From positions 59,582,001 to 59,646,000 of the forward strand of contig NC_134472.1 in NCBI RefSeq assembly GCF_964194025.1: a stretch of DNA of 64,000 bases, given 5' to 3'. The position numbers and the translations under genes are program-made. Shown here piece by piece: positions 10,442 to 22,097 of the stretch (position 1 is its first letter; each line of letters opens with the position of its first letter). The notes beneath the pieces were generated by a model. It searched no databases, was not told where the DNA came from, and worked only from the letters and a program-made list of their open reading frames with translations. Source of the DNA: Convolutriloba macropyga (lineage: Eukaryota).

Positions 10442-13400
10442 GGATGTATCATCAGTTGGACGAGACCCTAGTTACGAAGGCATCCACAAGAGACCAAATG
10501 GGTGATTTGCCGGAGCAAGGAAAAGAACCATACAGCATTCTAGTTTCGGGCGAGTTAAATGACTCGAAGCTAGCCTTCCTTATCGATACGGGAGCAAACA
10601 CGAACATAATCAGTTACGATACCTTGTTTTCTTTGGACATTCCGGTTAAAATGGAAAAGTATACTGGTAGACTGGAGACAGCAGACGGTAAACGAGTTGA
10701 CGTTATCGGCCAAGCCAAATTGCATTTACGTTTGCGCGAAATCGACACTGATATTGATGCTTTAGTCATGCATGATCTCGACAACCACATGATTCTGGGT
10801 CTTGAGACTTTAAAGGTGCACCGTTGCATTATCGATTTGGATACTGATCAGCTTTGGACAGGTCAGAAAGAGGGATCAACAGTGCCAATACGAATTGAAG
10901 GACCAAAAAAGTTGGCAACTTTTATTGAGGCAGTTCCCCATGACCGTCAAATGACTGTGCATGCTACAGAAGTTTCTAATGGCTCAAAAATTGACCGAAA
11001 CCGATTTGATCGCATTGCTGAAACACATTTTGATGTTCATTTACAGAATGATCCAAAACCGACGTCTCAACTTGAAGACAACGTCCAAAAAATATTTGAA
11101 TTATCGGCACCTGGTGTGACAGGCAATGATTTGAAGGATTTGAGAGCCTTAGCGCAAGAGTTCCAAGATGTTTTTGCCTTGACTAACGACGAGTTAGGCT
11201 GCATCAATGTTGTGGAACACAGGATTGAGACTGGTGATAGCCCGCCAAAAAAAAATTCCTCCCAGAAGAGCAGGCCTACCTAAAGTAGAGATTATCAGGG
11301 GAGAAGTAAATGCAATGTTGGACCAGGGGATCATTCGGCAGTCCCAAAGTCCTTATAGTTTCCCAGTAGTTCTTGTAAAGAAAAAGGACGGAAATGTGCG
11401 GGTTTGTATTGACTACAGAAAATTGAACGACGTAACAATTAAGGATGCATTCCCAATTCCTAAGATCGACCAGTCGTTCGATAAACTGAAGGAAGCAAAA
11501 TTGTTTTCGTCACTGGACTTGGCAACTGGATATTGGCAGATTCCGTGGCTCCGGAGCATTGTCACAAAACGGCTTTCGTGACACCGGATGGAGGTCCTTA
11601 TGAATACGTTCGAATGCCGTTTGGATTGTCAAATGCACCTGGTACTTTCCAAAGATTGATGAATGAAGTTTTTAGAGACTACCTCTACAAATTTAATCTC
11701 ATCTTCCTAGACGACGTCCTGGCTTATAGTACAAATAAAGCTGATCAATTGGACATTTGCAAACTATTTTACAAACACTGCGAGCGTTGAACTTGAAGTT
11801 GAAGCGCAAGAAGTGTAAATTATTTCAACGAGAAGTTGTATATCTTAGTCATATTATTGGAAATGGTGGAGCAAGACCTGACCCTGATAAAGTTTCAACG
11901 GTAAAGCATTGGCCAGTACCAAAGACGCTGAAACAGATTCGGTCTTTCGTTGGCTTCTGCAATTACTATCGACGCTTTGTGAGAGATTTTGCACAGATTG
12001 CAAGGCCACTCACGGATCTCAAAAAGAAAGATGCTCGCTTCGAGTGGAATTCCGACTGCCAATTATCATTTGATAGACTTCGAGTAGAACTTGATACCGC
12101 GCCAGTGATGCAGTTTCCTCGTTTTGATTACCCCTTCATCATTGCTACAGATGCCAGCAAAGTAAGTTTAGGAGCAGTGATCTCTAATGTTGTCGATGGT
12201 GTGGAACGGCCAATTGTTTACTCAAGTAGGGTGCTCACAAAAACAGAAATGATGTACTCCACAACCAAACGCGAGGCACTTGCAGTGATACAGGCATTGA
12301 AATGGTATAAAAACTACATATGTGGACTACCGTTCATCATTCGAACCGATCATGCTAGCCTTCGATGGCTCTTTGGGCAAGACAATGACGATGATGCAAC
12401 AGGAATGATGTTCCGAATGTGTCAGTTCCTACAGGAGTATAATTTTCAAGTAGTCCATCGAGCTGGATCGAAACACGCAGACGGACTCACAAGACGCACA
12501 GAGGAGAATCCTGAATGGGTATCCGGAGAAAGAGAAGAGACCGGAAGTTGTCCCGAGGCTGTGGATATAGACACAGCAATTTCCAAGGCCACTGATCAGC
12601 TACGGCTTACAGTTCAGGGTCAGTATGACGAAACAGCGGATCTAGAAGATGACCAACTCCTAGAAAACGATGAAGAGCAAGTTTCAATAACTTGGAATGG
12701 TGCTGAATCGGACGTGAGGTCGTTGCAGGAACAAGATGAGGCGATCAGCCGCATTCTTTTTTGGGCAGCTGTAGATGAAAACAAAAACTGTCTAAACTTT
12801 GGAACAAACTTGATAACCAACGATGACGCTGCTCAATACGAGCGAGAGGTAATGGCACTATGGGGAAGATGGAATGAACTGTCAATTGAGAACGGAATAC
12901 TATATCATAAGTGGTTCAAGAACGAGAGTGTTTCCTCGGAGGAGCGAGTCCTACAATTGGTTGTTCCAGCAAGTGGCCATAAAGAGATATTAGAACAATT
13001 ACATGACTCTCCCGTTAGTGGAGGTCATTTTGCATTCAAAAATCTTTCAATCGGGTCAGACAAAGGTTCTGGTGGCCGTCATTGAGGTTGGATATAGAAA
13101 AACGGTTATTGTGGTGTCTTCCCTGCGCTGCAAGGACAACCACGGGCCGGAAACGTGTTGCCGGCCTCCAACTGTTCGAAGTTGCGATTCGATTTCATAA
13201 GGTAGCGGCCGATATTTTGGGACCAGTAACAATGGCCAAAGCTTCGAAGGCAAAGCATATTCTAGTGATAACTGATTGGTTTACAAAATTCGTTGTAAGC
13301 ACACCTCTCGTGGGTACAGAGTCAGAAGATGGCGCCCGAGCAATTGTTGAGAAGTGGGTCTTAAAGTTCGGAGTACCAGATGTTTTGCACACAGATCAAG

Positions 13401-14537
13401 GGAAAAACTTTGGTAATCAGTTAATCCTCGACATGTGCAGACTACTGAAGATTGACAAAACACGTACGTCTCCGTATCACCCTCAGGGAAACGGCCAAGT
13501 TGAAAGGCACAATAGAATTTTGGCGGATGTCATATCCAAGTTTTGCGCAGATAATCCTTGGACCTTGGACGAGATGTTACCCTACGTAGACTTCGTTTTC
13601 AACACAACCGTTCATAGGACAACAGAAGCCACGCCGTTTAGTCTAGTGTTTGGACAGGAGTGCCAGTATCCAATTGATGTTTTTTATCCAAAACCCCCTG
13701 ATGAAGAGCGCAGCCAAGGAGAATTTATCGAGTGGCTCGAGGCACAGTTTTGTGAAGCTCATGCAAACGCCAGGGAGCAATTAGGAGTAAACCAGCAGAG
13801 ACAGAAGGACCTTTACTTCAAAAAGGTTTATGGCGAACCTTACGAAATTGGTGCAAACGTTTGGCTTTACTCGAAGCAAAAGGCCAAATCAAAGAAGTTC
13901 CTTGTTCCCTACGAAGGCCCTTACATTATCCAGGAAAGAACTTCAGAAGTCAACTACATGATTTGCAAAGAAGGAAGACCGCGAAAAACGAGGATAGTTC
14001 ATTTCAATTTGCTAAAACCATATAATGAGGAGCGAACGGGTGATAGAAGTGGTAGGAACAAGCGACCTACACTTTTTCGTTCGCAGGATTTCTTCAATAG
14101 ATTTCCTGATGATCAAGTTGAAGAATATGATGACGATGGGGAGGTTATGAGGAATACCGAAAACACGCTCCATGAAAGGCAACAATGCAGACGTAATATT
14201 GCTGCGGCACAAGTCCGATTACGTGATGCGAGATTAAATAAGCCCTCCGTCTCGCTAGTTGAAGCCGAACAAATTTCTAGCTCCTGCAATTTGGCTGAGG
14301 TTGTAGACATGTTAGCTGATATAACCCAATGTCCAAGCTAGTGATCTAACAAAAGCCAACCAGAGCAACGAGGAAAGTCCAATATCTGATAGAAACGACA
14401 AAAACCTTGACGTGGAGGAACAACTTGTGTTCCAAGCTAATGAACCGTCTGAAATGGTAGAAGGCGAGACTCCTCTGGCGCGCAGACGGCCTCGGCGAGA
14501 TATTAAGCCCGTGATCCGACTCGGGATTGTCGAATAG
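10318..14537 (+). pseudogene. pol: Pro-Pol: aspartic protease, RT, RNase H, integrase (several frameshifts)
   Basis: LIDTGA; CIDYRKLN, MPFGLSNAP, FLDD; ATDAS, KREALAV, RTDH; HDSPVSGGH..CLPC, ADILGP, HTDQG, GQVERHNR, GPY; frameshifted basic tail RRPRRDIKPVIRLG ends at 14537. Confidence 0.95.
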
Positions 14538-17419
14538 ACGTTTTATTTTGATACTACTGATAGGTTTTATGTTTTTTCTGGTTACCCCTCCCTGTAAAAA
14601 TAGAATTAGATCGTAAAAAAATGTACTTTTAGTATATTGGGCAAAATTGTTGATCTCGATTAACGATTTAAGTTTTTTGTAGTATTTCGTAGTAAAATAA
14701 TATGGACATTTATTTAGATACAATCCTTCATAATGGGAGGGGTGGTTGTGTGGAGGGCCGTTGTGTTGCTCATTCCTGCGGCAATAGTGCGATCAGAGAT
14801 CGAAAGAAACACGGCTCGAGCGGTTTTTATCCCTGAAACGCCAGTGATAATTTCAAGTGGACTCGAAGCGACGTGGGTAACCGTTCCCATTCCCGGACTA
14901 CCGGCAATAAATCTGACTCACTTAGACTTGGCTTATCAGGAATTCCAGTTGAATTTGGCCATAAAGTGGAGAGGATATGATGGAACCATATGTGGTGATC
15001 AGGAAACACATGACCGATTGTTGAACAGTACATATGTGACAATCAAAGGAGTGGAATATGAAGTCCAGGAGACTGAAAAGGGTTGGAGGGACATTAAAGA
15101 CCGCATAGGGACGTTTGTTAATGGAACGACTAATCCCCATCATGGCCGCGAGTTAACTGCCTTCAAAGTTGCTTTGCACAATTTTGGCTACGTGCTGGAC
15201 GATGCATTGGGTTCTCTGGCTCAGGGACACATTCCTGCTACATTGATCCCACCGGAAGTTCTGTTGCAGCTCTTAGATGGTCGTCAACTGGATACCCAGA
15301 ACGAGTCAATTCCACGACATGATCTTATGACGTATTATGGGTTTGAACTTGTGGAATCGACAATAGTTACACACAATAGGTTGAACATTCTGCTCAATTT
15401 TCCGGTTCACCATACGAATGGTTTTCATCGTGTTTACCGCGCGGTACCTATTCCGCAGCCAATAGCTAATGGGTCGATTTAGCTAAATTTGATAAAAATT
15501 ATTTGTTGGATTCGGAATATAATAATAATTTTGCGGAAGTTACCGAAGGAAAGATGAACTCGCACTGTATGATGACGATGGGGAGGTCATGAGGAATACC
15601 GAAAACACGCTCCATGAAAGGCAACAACGCAGACGTAATATTGCTGCGGCACAAGTCCGATTACCTGATGCGAGATTAAATAAGCCCTCCGTCCCGCTAG
15701 GTGAAGCCGAACAAAATTCTAGCTCCTACAATGTGGCTGAGATTGTAGACATGTTAGCTGATATAACCCAATATCCAAGCTAGTGATCTAACAAAAGCCA
15801 ACCAGAGCAACGAGGAAAGTCCAATATCTGATAGAAACGACAAAAAGCTTGACGTGGAGGAACAACTTGTGATCCAAGCTAATGAACCGTCTGAAATGGT
15901 AGAAGGCGAGACTCCTCTGGCGCGCAGACGGCCTCGGCGAGATATTAAGCCCGAGATCCGACTCGTGATTGTCAAATAGACGTTTTATTTTGATACTACT
16001 GATAGTTTTTAGGTTTTTTCTGGTTACCCCTCCCTGTAAAAATAGAATTAGATTGTAAAAAAATTTACTTTTAGTATATTGGGCAAAATTATTGATCTCG
16101 ATTAACGAATTAGGTTTTTTGTAGTATTTCATAGTAAAATAATATTGGCATTTATTTAGATACAATACTTCATAATGGGAGGGGTGGTTGGGTGGAGGGC
16201 CGTTGCGTTGCTCATTCTTGCGGCCATAGTTTCAAGTGGACTCGAAGCGACGTGGGTAAGCGTTCCCATTCCCGGACTACCGGCAGTAAATCTGACTCAC
16301 TTAGATTTGACTTATCAGGAATTCCAGTTGAATTTGGCCATAAAGTGGAGAGGATATGATGGAACCATATGTGGTGATCAGGAAACACATGACCGATTGT
16401 TGAACAGTACATATGTGATAATCAAAGGAGTGGAATATGAAGTCCAGGAGACTGAAAAGGTTTGGAGGGACATTAAAGACCGCATAGGGACGTTTGTTAA
16501 TGGAACGACTAATCCCCATCATGGCCGCGAACGTCGCGGTGCTGGAGCAATTTTTGCCGGGATTGCGGCCGTCTCAGTAGTTTCCTCAATTGTACTTGCT
16601 CCTGTACTTAAGGAAGGTTTCTGCCACTATATGTCTTTCTTTGGTTTCTGTGGAAGCAGCAAGGACATTGACCGTTTGGGCAAAGAATCCGAATTCCTGG
16701 ACGGAGCTATTCAAACAGTTATGGAGCTATTCAAACAGGAGAAAAGATTCACTTGCTAGGCCACCCTCTTAACAAAACCCAGGGTCAATTACGGCTGATA
16801 TCCAAGGATGGAAACAATAATCTTCACACTATTAGAGTTGCGATTTTGCAACTAGCGAAAGCGGTATCTTATGGAGCTTACGGTGACCAAAAACTGGGAC
16901 AGTGCGAAAAAAATCGTGAGTGGGCATCAACTCTTAAAAAGAGCATTGCCTTCACAACAGGAGTTCAAAATTTCAGCGATCATATGACTGCAATAAGATT
17001 GGAGTTAACTGCCTACAAAGTTGCTTTGCACAATTTTGGCTACGTGCTGGACAATGCATTGGGTTCTCTGGCTCAGGGACACATTCCTGCTACATTGATC
17101 CCACCGGAAGTTCTGTTGCAGGTCTCAGATGGTCGTCAACTGGACACCCAGAACGAGTCAATTCCACGACATGATCTTATGACGTATTATGGGTTTGAAC
17201 TTGTGGAATCGACAATAGTTACAAACAATAGGTTGAACATTCCGCTCAATTTTCCGGTTCACCACTCGAATGGTTTTCATCGTGTTTACCGTGCGATACC
17301 TATTCCGCAGCCAATAGCTAATGGGTCGATTTAGCTAAATTTGGTAAAAATTATTTGTTGGATTCGGAATATAATAATAAGTTTGCGGAAGTTACCGAAG
17401 GAAAGATGAACTCGCACTG
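14126..17419 (+). repeat. Internal tandem duplication of pol 3' end + env 5' part (14126-15567 and 15568-17419)
   Basis: TATGATGACGATGGGGAGG starts both units and both end ...GAACTCGCACTG; junction at 15567/15568 with TA microhomology. Confidence 0.92.
14733..15482 (+). pseudogene. env: Env copy 1, internally deleted (no furin site or fusion peptide) and truncated
   Basis: Signal peptide, then HHGR joins ELTAFKVALH, skipping the region at ~16531-17003 of copy 2. Confidence 0.85.
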
Positions 17420-18309
17420 TAGGGGGAGTTCCAGCTTGCTGCTCTGCATGAAATTTTTTCCAATGGCAAGAAGTTCCTCGGCAACATGTCTTTCGAGCCT
17501 TTTTTTCAACTTACCAACCTCTGCTTTGAGACTTTGTCATGAATTGAAATTCTACCCGACGAAGCAGCTGCCGAATACCTGGATGACTCAACTTACCTAA
17601 ACACGTCCAGCAACGATGATTTCAAATTCATTAACTATACTAGAGTGAAAGACCAATCACAAAGCGAACAGATACCCGGATGCAGGAGTTGTCTGATTAG
17701 ACCCAGTTGCCATGGAAGGGTTGAAAACCCTACGGTAACGATCGCTCTATACCCAGAATCCAGAACATGTCAGCATAATTCAAGCAAAGTTGTTATTGTT
17801 GAACACCATCCGCTACTGCAGTCATTGTTTGAAGTTTTGACAATGGTGGAAAACGAGAAAATAGGAGTCGAAATTCCGGAAAGTTTTGTAAACGCTGCCC
17901 ATGAGGAGATGAGTCTTTTAGACTAAACCTGGTAGACTTACCAGAGGGCACAGTTGACCAAGGGGAATTGGAATTGATTGCCAGGCTTTTTGCGGAACAC
18001 ATTATTGATAAACATACGCCGTTCCACTGGAAGGCGTATCACAGTTCACTCCTGCGCATTCTTCTTGGTCTGGTAGCTATAACAATTCTGCTCGCTATAC
18101 TCTGGCTGATTTGGAAAAAACTGCAGGAACTCAAATTGTGTCCTTGTCAGGAGAGACTGCACGACGAATCGTTTTTCGAACATGTGAGACGAACTGTGGT
18201 TCCCCCTGTTCGCTACCACCGTAGACACAAAAGAGGTAGCATCGATCGCATCAGCAATGATGAGGTGGTAATCGGTTCGCCGTCCCATAGCTCAAACAGG
18301 ATAATTTAG
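16175..18309 (+). pseudogene. env: Env copy 2, class I fusion glycoprotein (frameshifted)
   Basis: Signal peptide; furin site RERR (16526-16537) followed by hydrophobic GAGAIFAGIAAVSVVSSIVL; LAQGHIPATLIPPEVL; Cys-rich region; TM ILLGLVAITILLAILWLIW then KK; N-glycosylation sequons. Confidence 0.88.
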
Positions 18310-19106
18310 GACGACATGGAAGGCAGGCGACGCAGTTGGATTCAAAATCGTGAATTGCTTCGTGGGGACGCCGACCTACCACAGTACGAGCCTGAACCGG
18401 CCAAATTGTTGGTCAGCTCGCAGGGAGAAAGGACGATGCCGAGACCCTCTGAGGCCTCACCAGGACGTGATTTGTTGCAGAAGGACTTCGATAGGAAGTG
18501 ACGTGGATTGGTTGCGGAGAGAGCACGCTGGCCCTCAACACTAATTTTTTTTTCCTTCTTTAGTCAGAAAGGACTCGCGTGATTACAGACCTTCCTTTAT
18601 TTCTAATTTTAGTCAAGATTGCATGGTGCTAATCGGATGACTTTATATGTCAAATCTTCTTTATATTTTAATATACGAAGCTGGTGTGTTATTCAGAATC
18701 TCTTCTTACCTTATGAGTCAGACCCAACATTGAAACTGAGGGACGCTAATTTTTAAATATTCGTTTAACAGTGTATCACTGGGATTTTAAGTGTTTTGAC
18801 TTTACCGACCCTCAGTTTCGTTTTTGGTTTTATTGTGGCTCAGTCTTTACTTGCCGCGCAGTTTAATTTTCAAAATTAGACCTTAATGCTAGATTTTACC
18901 CTGTCTTATAGTCTAGATAATTACTATCGTGATTCATTCGAAAAAAACAATCAATTTAGAAACAAAACAGGTATTAAAGTAAATTAAGAAGAAGGTATAA
19001 GAAGCTACAGTAGAAGATTGCTCAGTCATGCGAAGGTCTGATAAGAAATAATACTATGGTCGAAAATTTATTGAGTCCAGTCGAAGTTTTCTGAAAGTCT
19101 GGGAAG

Positions 19107-19454
19107 CTAAGACGCGAGCTTAGGTTTTTCTAAACAAATAAAAACTTGGTGTAAGATCGAACCGTCCTCGTACAACTCGGCCTCGTTCCTTAGAGCCAAT
19201 TTGAAACGTTTAAAGGGGGCTGAGGAATTCCCAAGCGATAATTTGGTATCCTGGCCTTCGAGTACCACTGAAACGTCAAGCAGATAGAACTCCTTTAGAT
19301 TAATCGGTACAGGGTTTTTGGAGACAACTTGTATCAGGATACATTCAATGCCTATAACTGGTAGAAAGTCAAAGGGTTTGCACGTAACCCCATGGGGAAG
19401 GATAAAAGCCAGGGTTCTGTTGTTGAAGGCGTCCCTGAAACAGATAAGGAGCAA
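19107..19454 (-). CDS. Putative antisense accessory ORF, possibly a spliced terminal exon
   Basis: 115 open codons of globular-looking composition. A candidate intron 19517-19435 (GTAAGA...TTTCAG) joins in frame to ...PNASIGVGK-W-DAFNN. Confidence 0.35.
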   Translation of the reverse strand: MLLICFRDAFNNRTLAFILPHGVTCKPFDFLPVIGIECILIQVVSKNPVPINLKEFYLLDVSVVLEGQDTKLSLGNSSAPFKRFKLALRNEAELYEDGSILHQVFICLEKPKLAS

Positions 19455-19843
19455 TGAGTCATGGGAGAAAAGTTACAAGGTTTGCAGTATTACAAGGATT
19501 ACTAAAAAAATTCTTACATTTTCCAACTCCGATAGATGCATTAGGCTGGGTAATTCTGAACTGAAAGATGAGCGAGCTGGTTTATGGTTAAGCAACAATT
19601 TGGTAATTAGATTGGCATGATGGTTATCTTGAGCAAATATTAAATACGGCTTAATGGACAGATGGCGTGATTAATGAGATGTTTAAACAATGGGCAAGAG
19701 TGAGTGAAGTTCTCTTATCACAAAATAAACATTCTTATTTACCTTGAGTAAACAAACTGGGAAACAAAAGAATTTGTAAAAGAGATAAGATAAGAGCATC
19801 CGCACTAGCTGGAGAGAATTCAATAAGACAAAAACAGCAAACC

Positions 19844-20290
19844 ATGAGCAGCCCACAACCGTGGAGTGACAGCGAAGGTGAAGTAAACACTTCGAGCCGA
19901 ACAGAAGTAAGAGAACGAAATGAGTCGGCTAATGATCAGGATGAAGGGGATCAACAGAACCGAAGAACCACAAATGCAAGGCATACTGAAACCATGGGGG
20001 AAGCATCCGCTGTGGTGAGGGGATGGGTAACTAGATGAGGCCAAAGGCAAATTCCCCATTGGACCAGTAGAACCATTGGACAACGAGTGGCGTACTGCCT
20101 GGGAAGAAGAGGCAACACTCGCGGTGTGAACAAGTTCAAAAACGCGCACATTGAATACAAGCGCAAGATCGAGCGAGCGTTGGAGTGATGCAAAGCGCGC
20201 GAAAGATCGCTGCTGGAGGAATTGTCTCTCTTGGAGCGAAGGGAAATACGAGTCCAAGAATTGGGATTGTCGTCAAGCGACGAAGACTGA
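19844..20290 (+). pseudogene. Putative sense accessory ORF (~148 aa with two in-frame TGA)
   Basis: Acidic N-terminus, Arg-rich middle, helical Leu/Glu-rich C-terminus (LLEELSLLERREIR), ending SSSDED*; locally GC-rich. Confidence 0.45.
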
Positions 20291-20395
20291 GTACTACTTT
20301 TGAAAAAATTTTATTATCAAAAAATTTATTTCTAGTTTTTCTGTATTGATAATTTTTTTTAACTTGCAGGTTTTGCCATCATTCGGGAGTATGAT

Positions 20396-20413
20396 GAGAG
20401 TAGAGGGGGAGAG
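20396..20413 (+). promoter_or_regulatory. Polypurine tract
   Basis: GAGAGTAGAGGGGGAGAG abutting the TG of the 3' LTR. Confidence 0.9.
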
Positions 20414-20777
20414 TGAAGCACGCATGCAAAATAAATGCGGATTAAAATGAGAGCAACAAATACGAACTTACTTGTATATAGGCTTGTTGGAAAGCTCGCA
20501 ATTAGGACAATCTAACTAAGATAAAAACACCAAAGCTAAATTGAAATAATTTAAGTACTCTCTTGAAAGCAAACACATGGTGCCCTAAGTTCTCATTAAA
20601 ACAAATATGCACAAAAGTAAGCAAAGTTACAAACCGGAATAAGGCATAACGAATTGGTTGAGGTTGAAGAATGAAAGGCTGTCAGGATAGATTGATGAGA
20701 CAAACAGGCGGCGGTGAATTAGTAAATAACTGAATAAAAGCACAAGTCAAGGTTATTAAAGAAAGTAGCTTAACTAA

Positions 20778-21106
20778 ATGGCCAGAACAAAGCAAACTAG
20801 AAAAATTGTTCGTAAATTGAGAGGAAAAACTCAATCAAGTTCGTCAGGATCAGAGATTTCTGTGCCCGCATCACCTCCCTCGTCCTTATTTGAGCCCTCG
20901 CATGTAGAAGTTGGCACATCTGCACCCGCACTGAAAGGAAAAACAAGTAAAGAAAAGGCAAAACCGGCCCGTAAAAAAGAGCAAAATCCAAGATGGCCGC
21001 TACTGGCGGAATAAATACGGAGGATATCCGGAAAAGGGACCCAAAACTGGCCTTGGCGCTGGAGAAAATGCTCGCTAGGGAGCAAGCCAAGACCCAGAAA
21101 AACTAA
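20778..21106 (+). CDS. Second copy of the H3-tail mimic ORF (3' LTR)
   Basis: 78-aa ORF 20778-21014 differs from the first copy by 2 aa; same frameshifted extension to 21106. Confidence 0.65.
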
Positions 21107-21145
21107 ATTCTTATTGTATATATCTTTGTTAAGTAAAATGAAAAT

Positions 21146-22097
21146 TTATTGCCTGCTCGTTGATTTCAATTCTAATCGATATATTAGGAGATAGTGTTGC
21201 ACACCCTCTACCACTTGAAATTTCAAGAATATCCCACCATCTTGCACTCCTTTAGGTTTTCCAGCCAGTTTTAGGTAATAGGGTTGTTCCCCACCCTCAG
21301 GATCATAATACACATAAATGTTTAAACGACAATGGCGGGCGAATAATCGTAAGTCTGTAGTGTTTACGTACTCAACATCCTCGATTCCTCTGGTCAGGGA
21401 GGTTTTGCCAGGACATTTAAATAAATGCTTGTTTGGTCCATTCCGTAAAGAAACAAAAAAATTTTGATTTTTCCAGCCTGAGTGCGATCTCCAGTTGTAA
21501 TGGCGGACAGACAGGAGGCCACGCAATTAAATTTGGGGTGGGCAGCATCTAAGGTAACGGGATCATACCGTGTAGTTTCGAGCTCGGAACAACTAAAAAC
21601 CCCCAGATTATAACTTTAATTTAGTCAGAGTGAATTTGGTATAAAAGTGCTTACCTTTCAAATAGCTCGTAGCAATGACGCTACTCTTGTTCTAGGCCCA
21701 GCTCCCGGCAAACCCGATTTAGTTTTGCTTCGGATAAAAACTTCATAGGACCACGAGTACAGCAAAATAGAGTTTCACTGTCGCAATCGAGACAGTCTCT
21801 TACGATTTTTTGACACTACCTTTGTAGGTCGCGGACACTAAATGTTTGTCGCGCCATATATTCCAGATTTTCTCTGGAGGTATTATCGTTTTCCCTTTGC
21901 AATTCTGTAAACTTAGTTCTTGCGTTACCCCGGTGAAGAACCGTGAGCTCTGAACCCACCCGCAATAAAAACCCTTTTGAAAGATAATAATTATAGCATT
22001 GTTTACGGAGTTCTCTCCTGTAAACCCACGTAGAATTTCTCGGATAAAGACCAGATTTAAGATAATGAAAGATTTCAAAGTAGATTTGACTATCCAT
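21146..22097 (-). pseudogene. Second copy of the antisense H2C2-like + OTU-like gene (3' LTR)
   Basis: Exon 1 22097-21655, intron 21654-21593, exon 2 21592-21146. About 296 aa after reading through 2 TAG and restoring one 1-nt frameshift; retains DCLDC. Confidence 0.65.

Noticed and set aside
14346-16165. Twin 125-aa minus-strand ORFs (14346-14723, 15788-16165)
   Set aside because: Antisense to the pol tail and AT-rich spacer; twinned only because of the internal duplication.
18316-18544. Small overlapping ORFs just after env
   Set aside because: Short, in two competing frames, with no recognisable motif; unsupported without other copies.
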